This document shows, in pieces, positions 1 through 8,384 of a stretch of DNA of 64,000 bases; position 1 is the first letter of the stretch; every line of letters begins with the position of its first letter. The position numbers and the translations under genes are program-made. The stretch comes from Bulleidia sp. (lineage in GTDB: Bacteria; Bacillota_I; Bacilli_A; Erysipelotrichales; Erysipelotrichaceae), in contig JBFLGD010000007.1 of NCBI GenBank assembly GCA_041859965.1, positions 11,885-75,884 of the forward strand, in the 5' to 3' direction. The notes beneath the pieces were generated by a model. That model worked only from the letters and a program-made list of their open reading frames with translations. It was not told the DNA's origin and did not search any database.

Positions 1-1
1 A

Positions 2-814
2 GAAGGAATTGGTATTACCGAAAGAGACAATGCAAAGTTCTCCAGAGTACTGCAGAACAGTGCGGGTATGATACTGATCGTAGGCCCTACCGGTTCAGGA
101 AAGACAAGTACCCTGTATACAATGATTCAGGAATTGAAAAATGATTCCGTCAATATGATCTCACTGGAGGATCCAGTCGAATTCCAGATTGACGGGGTCA
201 CACAGGTAGCAATCAATGAGAAGGTCGGACTGACATTTGCTTCATCACTGAGAGCCTGCCTGAGACAGGATCCGGATATTATCTGCGTAGGAGAGATCCG
301 TGATGGTGAAACAGCCAGAATTGCTATGCAGGCAGCTATGACAGGACATCTTGTGCTGTCTACTATTCATACAGAGGATGCAATCAGTGCTATCGACAGA
401 CTGAAAGATCTGGGCATAGAACCATATCTGATTGGTGCTTCCGTACGTGCGGTTGTATCACAGCGTCTGGTAAGAAGAATCTGCCCGAACTGCCGTAAGG
501 AAGTGAAGCCTGATCTTGCGATGGCTGATCTGGCAGGCATTAAGAATCCTGAGAATTATCATTTCTACAAGGGAGAAGGATGTCATGCCTGCTTTAATAC
601 AGGATACAGAGGTAGAACAGGCGTCTTTGAAATACTGACAATGAACAGCGCACTGCGTGATGCTATTACAGAAGGTGAAAACTCTACTGAACTGAGAAAG
701 CTCGTTTATGAGCAGGGCAACTTCACACCGATGATCGTCAATGCAAGAGAGCTTGTTGAAAAGGGTGTAACTACACTGGAGGAAGTCGTACGTACCGTTG
801 CGACGATTGAATGA
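2..814 (+). CDS. pilB: Type IV pilus assembly ATPase PilB/PulE, 5'-truncated by window edge
   Basis: Frame open from window start; Walker [31 protein letters not shown], CxxC...CxxC zinc motif. Confidence 0.95.
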   Translation, partial: EGIGITERDNAKFSRVLQNSAGMILIVGPTGSGKTSTLYTMIQELKNDSVNMISLEDPVEFQIDGVTQVAINEKVGLTFASSLRACLRQDPDIICVGEIRDGETARIAMQAAMTGHLVLSTIHTEDAISAIDRLKDLGIEPYLIGASVRAVVSQRLVRRICPNCRKEVKPDLAMADLAGIKNPENYHFYKGEGCHACFNTGYRGRTGVFEILTMNSALRDAITEGENSTELRKLVYEQGNFTPMIVNARELVEKGVTTLEEVVRTVATIE

Positions 815-1893
815 TTATGACGGATATCATAGAACACATTGCTCTGGGGGCTGATAAGGGAGCTTCCGATGTTCATTTCTCCAGAGGTATTCCAGTCAAA
901 TACAGAATAGACGGTGTCCTGCAGAATGCAGATGAGTATGCACTGACAAAGGAAGACTGTGAGAGATATGCAGAGGAACTTGCCGGTGATGAATACAAAC
1001 AGATTGAGAGTATAGGAGAACTGGATTCATCGGCTACTCTGGCTGGACATCGTGTACGTATTAATCTGTTCAGACAGCAGGGAGCAGTATCAGGTGCACT
1101 TCGTATTCTTTCAGATGATATACCGGAATTAAGCAGTCTGGGACTTCCTCCTGTTATTTCCAACTTCGTACAGTGGCAGAAGGGAATCATCCTTGTTACA
1201 GGTGAGACTGGTTCTGGTAAGTCTACAACAATGGCTTCTATTCTGAATCAGATCAACCATACAAGAAGAGAACATATCGTTACGCTTGAAGATCCTATTG
1301 AGTACATCTATCATCCTGATCACTGTCTGATCAACCAGAGAGAGATTGGAACTGATACAAAGAGCTATGCGGATGGTCTCAGAGCTATTTTGAGAGAAGA
1401 TCCGGATATCATTCTGATTGGTGAAATGAGAGATGGTGAAACGATAGAAACCGCTATGACAGCCGCTGAGACAGGACATCTTGTTTTTGCAACACTGCAT
1501 ACAAACAGTGCGGTTGACAGTGTTGACCGTATTGTAGGAACATTCCCGGCAGATAAGCAGCCACAGATAAGAATGCAGTTAAGTACGACCCTGAAGGCGG
1601 TTGTATCACAGCAGCTGCTCAGAAGAAAAGAAGGACATGGAAGAGCAGCTGCCTGTGAAGTAATGATTGTCACACCAGCTATTAGGAATATGATCCGTGA
1701 GGGAAGAACGCCGCAGATGCAGAGCGCATTGCTGAGCGGTGCAAGCCTTGGCTCTATTTCCATGGACAACAGTCTTATAGATATGGTTCATAAAGGAATC
1801 ATCAGCAGTGAACAGGCGATGGAAGCCTGTGCGGATGTTGATTACATGAAGAAGAATATAGGCGGCGGAATGACGGCTGTACGCAGATTCTAG
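811..1893 (+). CDS. pilT: Type IV pilus retraction ATPase PilT
   Basis: [26 protein letters not shown] and AIRNMIRE motif; ATGA overlap with pilB. Confidence 0.95.
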   Translation: MIMTDIIEHIALGADKGASDVHFSRGIPVKYRIDGVLQNADEYALTKEDCERYAEELAGDEYKQIESIGELDSSATLAGHRVRINLFRQQGAVSGALRILSDDIPELSSLGLPPVISNFVQWQKGIILVTGETGSGKSTTMASILNQINHTRREHIVTLEDPIEYIYHPDHCLINQREIGTDTKSYADGLRAILREDPDIILIGEMRDGETIETAMTAAETGHLVFATLHTNSAVDSVDRIVGTFPADKQPQIRMQLSTTLKAVVSQQLLRRKEGHGRAAACEVMIVTPAIRNMIREGRTPQMQSALLSGASLGSISMDNSLIDMVHKGIISSEQAMEACADVDYMKKNIGGGMTAVRRF

Positions 1894-1909
1894 AAAGAGA
1901 GGGAGACCT

Positions 1910-3121
1910 ATGAAGTCTTATAAATACAGTGCTCTTTCTCCTGATGGAGCAAGAGTAGATGGAGTGGTAGAGGGAACAGATGAATACCATGCGGTCGACA
2001 AGATCAAGACAGAGTATCCAATCGTTCTGAGACTGCAGGAAGTAAAAACCGGCGGTATATGGGACTTTCTGAGAGCGGACATGAATACGAAGCTGGACAC
2101 AAAGGCTTTAAGTGTTATGTGCTCACAGTTCTCAGTTATTCTGAAGTCAGGTATCAGTCTGGACAGCTGTCTGCGATTAGTAGCAGGACAGACAATGGAC
2201 AAGCGTCTGAAGAAGATGCTGATGTCTTCTGCTGCAGACGTATCGCAGGGCATTCCATTAGCTACAGCATTTGAGAAGAATGATAAGAAGCTTCCTGTAC
2301 TGTTCGTAGAAACAATACGTGCAGGCGAAATGTCAGGTTCACTGGAAGATTCCTTTGCGAGTCTTCAGATCTACTATGAGAGACAGAGCGATGTCAGCGC
2401 AAAGGCTAAGCAGGCACTGACGTATCCTATGTTCGTTGTAGCTGTAGCAATTGTTGTATTGATTATTATCATGGTCAAGGTAGTTCCTACATTCATATCT
2501 GTGTTTGCAGATCTAGGCGGAGATCTTCCGGTTATGACACAGATACTGATTGCTATATCCAACTGGTTCAGCAATTACTGGATCTTCCTTGTGGCAATTA
2601 TGCTGATCATCTTCCTAGGAAGAATGATCTGGCTTTCCAAGGAGAAGGGACGCCTTCAGCATGCACGCATGCAGCTGAAGATGCCTGTTATGGGTAAGAT
2701 ACATAAACTGCAGGCGTCACAGCAGTTTGCCAATACCATGGCATCATTGATCAGAGCAGGACTCTCAATGGGAAATGCATTGGCAGTTACATCAAAGTGT
2801 ATGGATAATTCCTATCTTGGTGAAAGAGTCAGGAATATGGTAGAACAGGTAGAAACAGGACATTCTCTGACTGATACTATCAATCAGATAGACGAGTTCC
2901 CTGACATACTGAAACAGATGGTGGGAGTTGGAGAACGTACTGGTGAAATGGTTTCTACACTGGAAACCGTAGGTAAGTTCTATTCCCAGGAAACGGAATA
3001 CCAGACGAAGAAAGTACTGGCAAGACTGGAACCTACAATGCTGATTATCATTGCATTATTAGCTGGATTTGTAGTCATAGCAGTGTATCTTCCAATGTTC
3101 ACTATGTATAACTATATGTAG
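1910..3121 (+). CDS. pilC: Type IV pilus platform protein PilC (GspF family)
   Basis: GEMSGSLE and GERTGEM repeats, LTYPMFV, LEPTMLI..AVYLPMF TM pattern. Confidence 0.95.
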   Translation: MKSYKYSALSPDGARVDGVVEGTDEYHAVDKIKTEYPIVLRLQEVKTGGIWDFLRADMNTKLDTKALSVMCSQFSVILKSGISLDSCLRLVAGQTMDKRLKKMLMSSAADVSQGIPLATAFEKNDKKLPVLFVETIRAGEMSGSLEDSFASLQIYYERQSDVSAKAKQALTYPMFVVAVAIVVLIIIMVKVVPTFISVFADLGGDLPVMTQILIAISNWFSNYWIFLVAIMLIIFLGRMIWLSKEKGRLQHARMQLKMPVMGKIHKLQASQQFANTMASLIRAGLSMGNALAVTSKCMDNSYLGERVRNMVEQVETGHSLTDTINQIDEFPDILKQMVGVGERTGEMVSTLETVGKFYSQETEYQTKKVLARLEPTMLIIIALLAGFVVIAVYLPMFTMYNYM

Positions 3122-3179
3122 TCATAAATAATTTTTTATAAAATATGAGTATTTTACTTTACAAACATAAGGGAAATAC

Positions 3180-3188
3180 TGATATAAT
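3180..3188 (+). promoter_or_regulatory. Extended -10 promoter (TGnTATAAT) of major pilin
   Basis: TGATATAAT at 3180-3188; SD AAAGGAG before ATG 3252. Confidence 0.7.
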
Positions 3189-3251
3189 GTAGGCAGATAC
3201 AGAGATGCGGTATAAGAACCGCAATACAATCATTTAATAAAAAGGAGAAGA

Positions 3252-3626
3252 ATGATGAAAAAGTTAAACAAGAAAGGTTTTACCCTCGCTGAGTTACTTA
3301 TCGTTGTAGCGATTATCGCAGTCCTCGTTGGAATTTCCATCCCGATCTTCACTTCACAGCTGGAGAAGGCTAGAGAAGCAACAGACGCTGCTAATATCCG
3401 TGCAGCATATGCTGAAGTAAGTGCAAATTATCTAACAGCTGATGATGATAAGAAAGCTGAATCGAAAGAAGTCAAGTTAACACAGCAGACTGCAGGTTGG
3501 CAGGATGCAGCAATTAAGCTCCCAGAAAATCTGACTGTAGCAAAGGACGCAGTTCCGGCAGCTGGTGGCACAGCAACAGTTGCTGCTGATAAGGATGGCG
3601 CTATTACCCTTACCTACACCAAGTGA
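3252..3626 (+). CDS. pilA: Type IV major pilin (probable)
   Basis: Class III signal KKG|FTLAELLIVV; own promoter, strong SD and terminator. Confidence 0.9.
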   Translation: MMKKLNKKGFTLAELLIVVAIIAVLVGISIPIFTSQLEKAREATDAANIRAAYAEVSANYLTADDDKKAESKEVKLTQQTAGWQDAAIKLPENLTVAKDAVPAAGGTATVAADKDGAITLTYTK

Positions 3627-3652
3627 TTGTTAGTGTTTGTTCGTTAGTATAT

Positions 3653-3683
3653 GGGAGACAGGTCATACAATGATCTGTCTTTT
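3653..3683 (+). terminator. Rho-independent terminator after major pilin
   Basis: GAGACAGGTCA-tacaa-TGATCTGTCT followed by T run. Confidence 0.75.
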
Positions 3684-3772
3684 GTGTGTACTGTTGTATT
3701 GGCAAAAACAATTGCTACTGATTTTGATTTGAAATCGCATAAGAATGATTCCGAAATGGTCTTCTGGGATAC

Positions 3773-3799
3773 AAAAAGTCCTTGAAATAATTCAAGGGC
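3773..3799 (-). terminator. Rho-independent terminator of the inverted pilin pair
   Basis: Minus strand GCCCTTGAA-ttat-TTCAAGGAC-TTTTT, 19 nt past stop at 3818. Confidence 0.75.
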
Positions 3800-3817
3800 C
3801 TAATGGCAATATACTGT

Positions 3818-4261
3818 TTAGAATTGATTCTCTCCTATACCGGCTTGAATTGTATCATCAAGTTTTGCCTTTCCTTTAACGTAGTGAGGATAGGACAGCA
3901 GCAATTTACTTGAAATAGTGTATTTAATAGTTATGTATTCATAGATACCGTTGGAATCTTTTTTAGGCGCTGTTACAAACTTTGTTGATAGCTTAGAAGA
4001 ACTGACGTCATAGGTGTAATAATAAACATTAGAATATACAGCAGCTAATGCTTCACTGCCTTCATTTCCCATAATGTCATTCATTACTGCAGACTCAGCT
4101 GTTCAGATGTTGTATTCATTCTCCGCTATTTTTGCTTTATCTATCTGTGCTGTAAAGATAGGAATACTGACACCCACTAGTACTGCAATAATACCGACAA
4201 CAATGAGAAGTTCTGCCAATGTGAATCCAAGTCTGGAATGATGTTTGAGAATATTCTCCAT
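3818..4261 (-). pseudogene. Type IV pilin paralog interrupted by one in-frame TGA (4103-4105)
   Basis: SD AAAGAGGAAAGG, ATG 4261, RLG|FTLAE; ORF-track pieces 4103-4312 and 3818-4084 are in the same frame: NEYNI*TAESAVMNDIMGNEG aligns to NEYNIKSAEEAVLTDLMSNEG of the neighbour. Confidence 0.85.
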
Positions 4262-4289
4262 AATAGTTTTCCTTTCCTCTTTGATATGC

Positions 4290-4736
4290 TTATTTATTCC
4301 AGCTATTAACACCTGGAGAATTCACTATGGCTTCATCAAGTTTCGTCTTGTCTTTTACATAATGCGGTACAGTTCCGATTACCTGTGTATCTGTTTTGTA
4401 TATGATGAATATTGCTTTATATATGCCGTTTGAGTTCTTGTCTACTGATAACGCTGTTGATGAAATCTTTGCTGAACCCGTATCGTAATAGTAATAATAA
4501 GTATCACTTCTAGGATGCGATGCAGCACCGCTTCCTTCGTTGCTCATGAGATCTGTAAGTACAGCTTCTTCTGCTGATTTGATATTGTATTCATTTGCTG
4601 CAATCTTTGTTTTGTCCATCTGTGCAGTAAAAATTGGAATGCTGATACCTACAAGCACGGCAATAATAGCAACAACAATTAATAATTCAGCGAGCGTGAA
4701 ACCGAGCCTCCTGTGGGCTCTGCTTTTTCTATTCAT
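4290..4736 (-). CDS. Type IV pilin paralog (148 aa), Tyr-rich globular domain
   Basis: SD AGGAGG, ATG 4736, RRLG|FTLAELLIVVAIIAVLVGISIPIFT. Confidence 0.9.
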   Translation of the reverse strand: MNRKSRAHRRLGFTLAELLIVVAIIAVLVGISIPIFTAQMDKTKIAANEYNIKSAEEAVLTDLMSNEGSGAASHPRSDTYYYYYDTGSAKISSTALSVDKNSNGIYKAIFIIYKTDTQVIGTVPHYVKDKTKLDEAIVNSPGVNSWNK

Positions 4737-4856
4737 ATTATGAGTTCCTCCTGTGCTTATGACTGATTTCATAATAATACAGAATAGAAATCCTTACAAA
4801 TGTTATAACACTTGTATATCAGGCATTCAGCTATACATGTGTACTAGTAAATACGT

Positions 4857-4862
4857 TATAAT
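4857..4862 (+). promoter_or_regulatory. -10 box for downstream pil operon
   Basis: TATAAT 32 nt upstream of ATG 4894; -35 not convincing. Confidence 0.45.
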
Positions 4863-4893
4863 ATAGGCATAACCGAAACAGTAAGGTGTGTAT

Positions 4894-5340
4894 ATGATTC
4901 TAAATAACAGAAAAGGGAAAATATCCAGATTCGAGACAATATTAATTCTGGTGATTATTGCCTGCCTTGCCTTTTTCGTGTTCATTGGACTGAAATGGGA
5001 AAAAGATTCTCTTGATACAGGCAATGATTCATTAAGAGAGAATACAGCAAAGAGCGTAGCTATTGTTAACAGCAATAACGGCATTCAGTGCATGATAAAA
5101 GATTGCCCAAGCTATTCCGGCGGTACATGTACGCACCAGTACGGAACAGATGGATACTTTGGATATTATAATGATGTGTCCAATACGATCGTCGGCGATC
5201 TTCCATCAGGCTACAATGATGGTACTGAAATGGATATTGACGGTAAAAAGTATTATGGAGACCGTGGAACCATGGTCATTAAGGTGACAATTGAGCCTGG
5301 TGAAGAACCTGTGCTTTCATGGGTGAAAGGAAAGGAGTAA
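4894..5340 (+). CDS. Pilin-like membrane-anchored protein with non-canonical signal and Cys cluster
   Basis: NNRKGKISRFE + hydrophobic helix; CMIKDC..TCTH; located directly before pilD. Confidence 0.6.
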   Translation: MILNNRKGKISRFETILILVIIACLAFFVFIGLKWEKDSLDTGNDSLRENTAKSVAIVNSNNGIQCMIKDCPSYSGGTCTHQYGTDGYFGYYNDVSNTIVGDLPSGYNDGTEMDIDGKKYYGDRGTMVIKVTIEPGEEPVLSWVKGKE

Positions 5341-5343
5341 TGC

Positions 5344-6126
5344 ATGCCTTTTTCCTCATTTGATTCATACTTTATTATCTACTTTCTTGTGATCAGCGGG
5401 ATATTCGGAGCTGTTATGGGAAGCGCAGTTACATGTCAGGCAGATCGGCTGAGTGCGCATGAAAGCTGGCTGAAGGGCAGGAGCCACTGTGATGCCTGCG
5501 GACATGAACTTGGTATTCTAGACCTGATACCGGTATTCAGCTATCTCATTCATAAAGGGAAGTGCAGGTACTGCGGTACTAAACTAAGCAAAAAGTACCT
5601 GATTACTGAACTTCTGATGGCAGCTGGATTTGTATTAATTGCAATGCACTATAACTGCTTTACAGTACTGATCATTCGTGACTGGGGACTGATGTGTGCA
5701 CTGCTTGGACTGTCTGTGGTGGACATGGAATCCTATGAAATACCGGACCGTTATATTGTCTTCGGCATTGTATGGAGACTGCTGTTCCTGTTTGCTGAAG
5801 AGGACAGGGTATCAGCTTTGAAGAATGGTGTACTGACTGGCCTTGCTGTAGCAGGTTCACTGCTTGTGATATCCCTGATCATGGATCACATTCTCAAGAA
5901 GGAATCTATGGGTGGAGGAGACATCAAGCTCTTCTTCATGACCGGTCTCTATATGAACCTGTTTATGGGGCTGTTTAACGTGATTATCGCGTGTTTATGC
6001 GGTCTAAGTTTTATGGTAATATTAAAAAAAGAGAAAATACCTTTCGGACCTTCCATCAGTATTGCGACGGTCGTTACATTGCTGATTGGGACACAGTTCG
6101 TGCAGTGGTATTTAGGACTGCTCTAA
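5344..6126 (+). CDS. pilD: Prepilin peptidase/N-methyltransferase (A24)
   Basis: CxxC...GKCRYC zinc motifs, VVDMES and MGGGDIKL catalytic Asp motifs, IPFGPSI. Confidence 0.95.
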   Translation: MPFSSFDSYFIIYFLVISGIFGAVMGSAVTCQADRLSAHESWLKGRSHCDACGHELGILDLIPVFSYLIHKGKCRYCGTKLSKKYLITELLMAAGFVLIAMHYNCFTVLIIRDWGLMCALLGLSVVDMESYEIPDRYIVFGIVWRLLFLFAEEDRVSALKNGVLTGLAVAGSLLVISLIMDHILKKESMGGGDIKLFFMTGLYMNLFMGLFNVIIACLCGLSFMVILKKEKIPFGPSISIATVVTLLIGTQFVQWYLGLL

Positions 6127-6148
6127 GAAACGGAAAGGACTTTCACAT

Positions 6149-7120
6149 ATGGCAAAAGATATACTGGGAATCGAAATTGGAGAGAACCGTATTAAGCTGG
6201 TACAGATGTCACACGGCACTGTAACACGTTTTGTGTCTATTAAAGTACCTGAACAGAGTATCAGCGGTGATGCTGTTGTGGCATGGGATGCACTGGCTGA
6301 TGATGTGAAAAAGGCACTGAAGGAGAATAAGTTCAGTGCTAAGAGAACTGCGGTGGTGATACCTGATTCAGAAACATATGTCAGAAGACTGAAGATGCCT
6401 TCCATGACCGAGAGCCAACTGAACTTCAACCTCCCATACGAATTCAGAGATGTTATTCCTGATGAGAAGGACAAGTATATCTTTGACTATTCCGTCATCA
6501 GAGAATCTGAAGACGGCGGTGAAATGGAAATACTCGGCGCTGCAATTTCTAAGGAAAAACTGGAGAATTATGAACATCTGACTGCTAGATCCGGATTGAG
6601 ACTGGTCAAGGCTGCACCTAGAGTAATGGCACTGCAGTGCCTGATCAGAGAACTGAAAGGTGCTGACAATACGGAAGATACCGCAGTGATCAATTATGAA
6701 TGGAATACGACAAGAGTAGATATTTTCCATGAAGGGATCTATGAAGTAACCAGAAATATTGATACTGGTGTTAAGGATATCGTTAAAGCAGCCGCTGAGA
6801 AGCTGAACTGCGATCCGCATATTGCTGAAAGCTACTGTGCTGATAACAGCAATAATGTTCTGGAATCTCCTGAGTGCATTGCTGTGTATAACACAATATC
6901 AGTAGAGATTATGAGAGCTTTGAACTACTACACATATGAGAATCAGGGAAGCACATTGAATATGCTGTACTACTTCGGTGACGGTGCAGGTATCTCAAGA
7001 ATGATCGATGAACTTAAGAACACAGTATCACTGACAATCATGCCGCTTTCAGATCTTGCACAGGTAAATGCGGAAGCTTTGATCAATGGAGCAGATGCCG
7101 TAGGCATCTGTCTGGAATAG
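6149..7120 (+). CDS. pilM: Pilus alignment protein PilM (actin-like)
   Basis: GIEIGENRIK actin-fold start; position pilD-M-N-O. Confidence 0.85.
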   Translation: MAKDILGIEIGENRIKLVQMSHGTVTRFVSIKVPEQSISGDAVVAWDALADDVKKALKENKFSAKRTAVVIPDSETYVRRLKMPSMTESQLNFNLPYEFRDVIPDEKDKYIFDYSVIRESEDGGEMEILGAAISKEKLENYEHLTARSGLRLVKAAPRVMALQCLIRELKGADNTEDTAVINYEWNTTRVDIFHEGIYEVTRNIDTGVKDIVKAAAEKLNCDPHIAESYCADNSNNVLESPECIAVYNTISVEIMRALNYYTYENQGSTLNMLYYFGDGAGISRMIDELKNTVSLTIMPLSDLAQVNAEALINGADAVGICLE

Positions 7121-7130
7121 GAGGATTGCG

Positions 7131-7775
7131 ATGAATGAAGAGAAGAAAAAATCCGCACTTTCCAGAGATATTACTTTCGGGAAGAAAAAGGACAGGAAGC
7201 CAACCAAGGTTTCAATGAACTTTGTTAAGTATGACCGGAGCGCTGCTAATAAAAAAGCAGTTATTATCTTTGTCGTATTCCTTCTGGCACTGAGCTTGTT
7301 TATTAAGTTTGGGGTTGTTGACCAGATATCCAGAGTGAGTGCGGCCGAGAATGAGTACAATACACTGCAGTCACAGCTGGATGCGTATGACAGTGCAATG
7401 TCTGACTATGACGATGTGAAGAAGGAATACGATGAAAAGGTCGGCTCCTTCACGAGTGATTCCGAGATAGCTTCTGAAGACAGAGATGGTATCTTTACAA
7501 TGATCGATGAAGATATCGCTCCATCTGTTGCAGTAAAGGCTGTTTCAATCAAGAATAATCAGGTGTCAGTAACTACAGACAGTACAAGCCTTTCCACAGT
7601 ATCCTCTATCATCACAATTCTGCAGAGCGACTCACGCAACACATATGTAACAGTAACAACGACTGCAGCTTCCTCTGACAGTTCCGGCGATACAGTCATT
7701 GCAGACTTTGAAATCACCTATGGTCAGAAGGTAACAGCAGATGATACAGAAGAAACAGGAGGTACACAGCAATGA
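7131..7775 (+). CDS. pilN: PilN-like alignment protein
   Basis: SMNF motif, single TM, coiled coil, ferredoxin-like C-terminus; synteny. Confidence 0.7.
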   Translation: MNEEKKKSALSRDITFGKKKDRKPTKVSMNFVKYDRSAANKKAVIIFVVFLLALSLFIKFGVVDQISRVSAAENEYNTLQSQLDAYDSAMSDYDDVKKEYDEKVGSFTSDSEIASEDRDGIFTMIDEDIAPSVAVKAVSIKNNQVSVTTDSTSLSTVSSIITILQSDSRNTYVTVTTTAASSDSSGDTVIADFEITYGQKVTADDTEETGGTQQ

Positions 7776-8368
7776 AGCATAAGTTTACATTCCGTGAATC
7801 AGTACTTCTGGCTGTCGCTGCTGTGATGCTGCTGGCTGTCTTCTATTACATCGTTGTATATAAGAATGTAGAAAATCAGTTAGCACAGTATGATACTACA
7901 GATCTTGTAACTGAACAGACAATTGCTTCTCAGAAGTCTGCTGCATATACGCAGATGAAGAAGGCAATCTCCAGTGAAGAAACAAAGAGCCATGGTACAG
8001 TTGAGCCATATAATAACCTGGCAAATGAAGTGAATGCATTAGGTGCACAGCTGAATGGAAAGTCTACGGATATCCGTATCTCCTGGGCTGATCCGGTACT
8101 TACAGATACAACCGTCAGGAGAGTAGCACAGGTCTCCTGCAATGTAGGAAGCTATGCCGAAGCAGAAAGTCTCGTCAGAAATATTGAAAATCTGCAGTAT
8201 CGTTGCATCATTACAGATCTCACCATTGATTCCTCCGATACGACAGGCAATACAGTCAGCGTATCAATGACCGTGACATTCTTCGAAACAACAGATGGGG
8301 CTGTTTCTACGGAAGGACTGACAGTATCTGAAGATGATACTGCTACAGCCACATCAAACAGCAATTAA
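7772..8368 (+). CDS. pilO: PilO-like alignment protein
   Basis: FTFRE + TM, coiled coil; ATGA overlap with pilN; synteny. Confidence 0.7.
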   Translation: MKHKFTFRESVLLAVAAVMLLAVFYYIVVYKNVENQLAQYDTTDLVTEQTIASQKSAAYTQMKKAISSEETKSHGTVEPYNNLANEVNALGAQLNGKSTDIRISWADPVLTDTTVRRVAQVSCNVGSYAEAESLVRNIENLQYRCIITDLTIDSSDTTGNTVSVSMTVTFFETTDGAVSTEGLTVSEDDTATATSNSN

Positions 8369-8384
8369 AAAAGAAAGAAAAAGA

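Noticed and set aside
3189-3251. c-di-GMP riboswitch ahead of the major pilin
   Set aside because: Leader about 55-60 nt with one short hairpin; no class I or II consensus seen
4103-4105. TGA recoding (Trp/Gly code or selenocysteine) in the pilin
   Set aside because: TGA is the normal stop for many genes here (pilB, pilA, giant pilin); paralog has Lys at this site; no SECIS-like hairpin evident
3276-4703. Shufflon or pilE/pilS-type recombination between the inverted pilin N-termini
   Set aside because: 19 of 26 codons differ synonymously between the identical N-terminal segments, so there is no long DNA identity; no recombinase or flanking inverted repeat seen; the inverted genes have their own SDs and terminator
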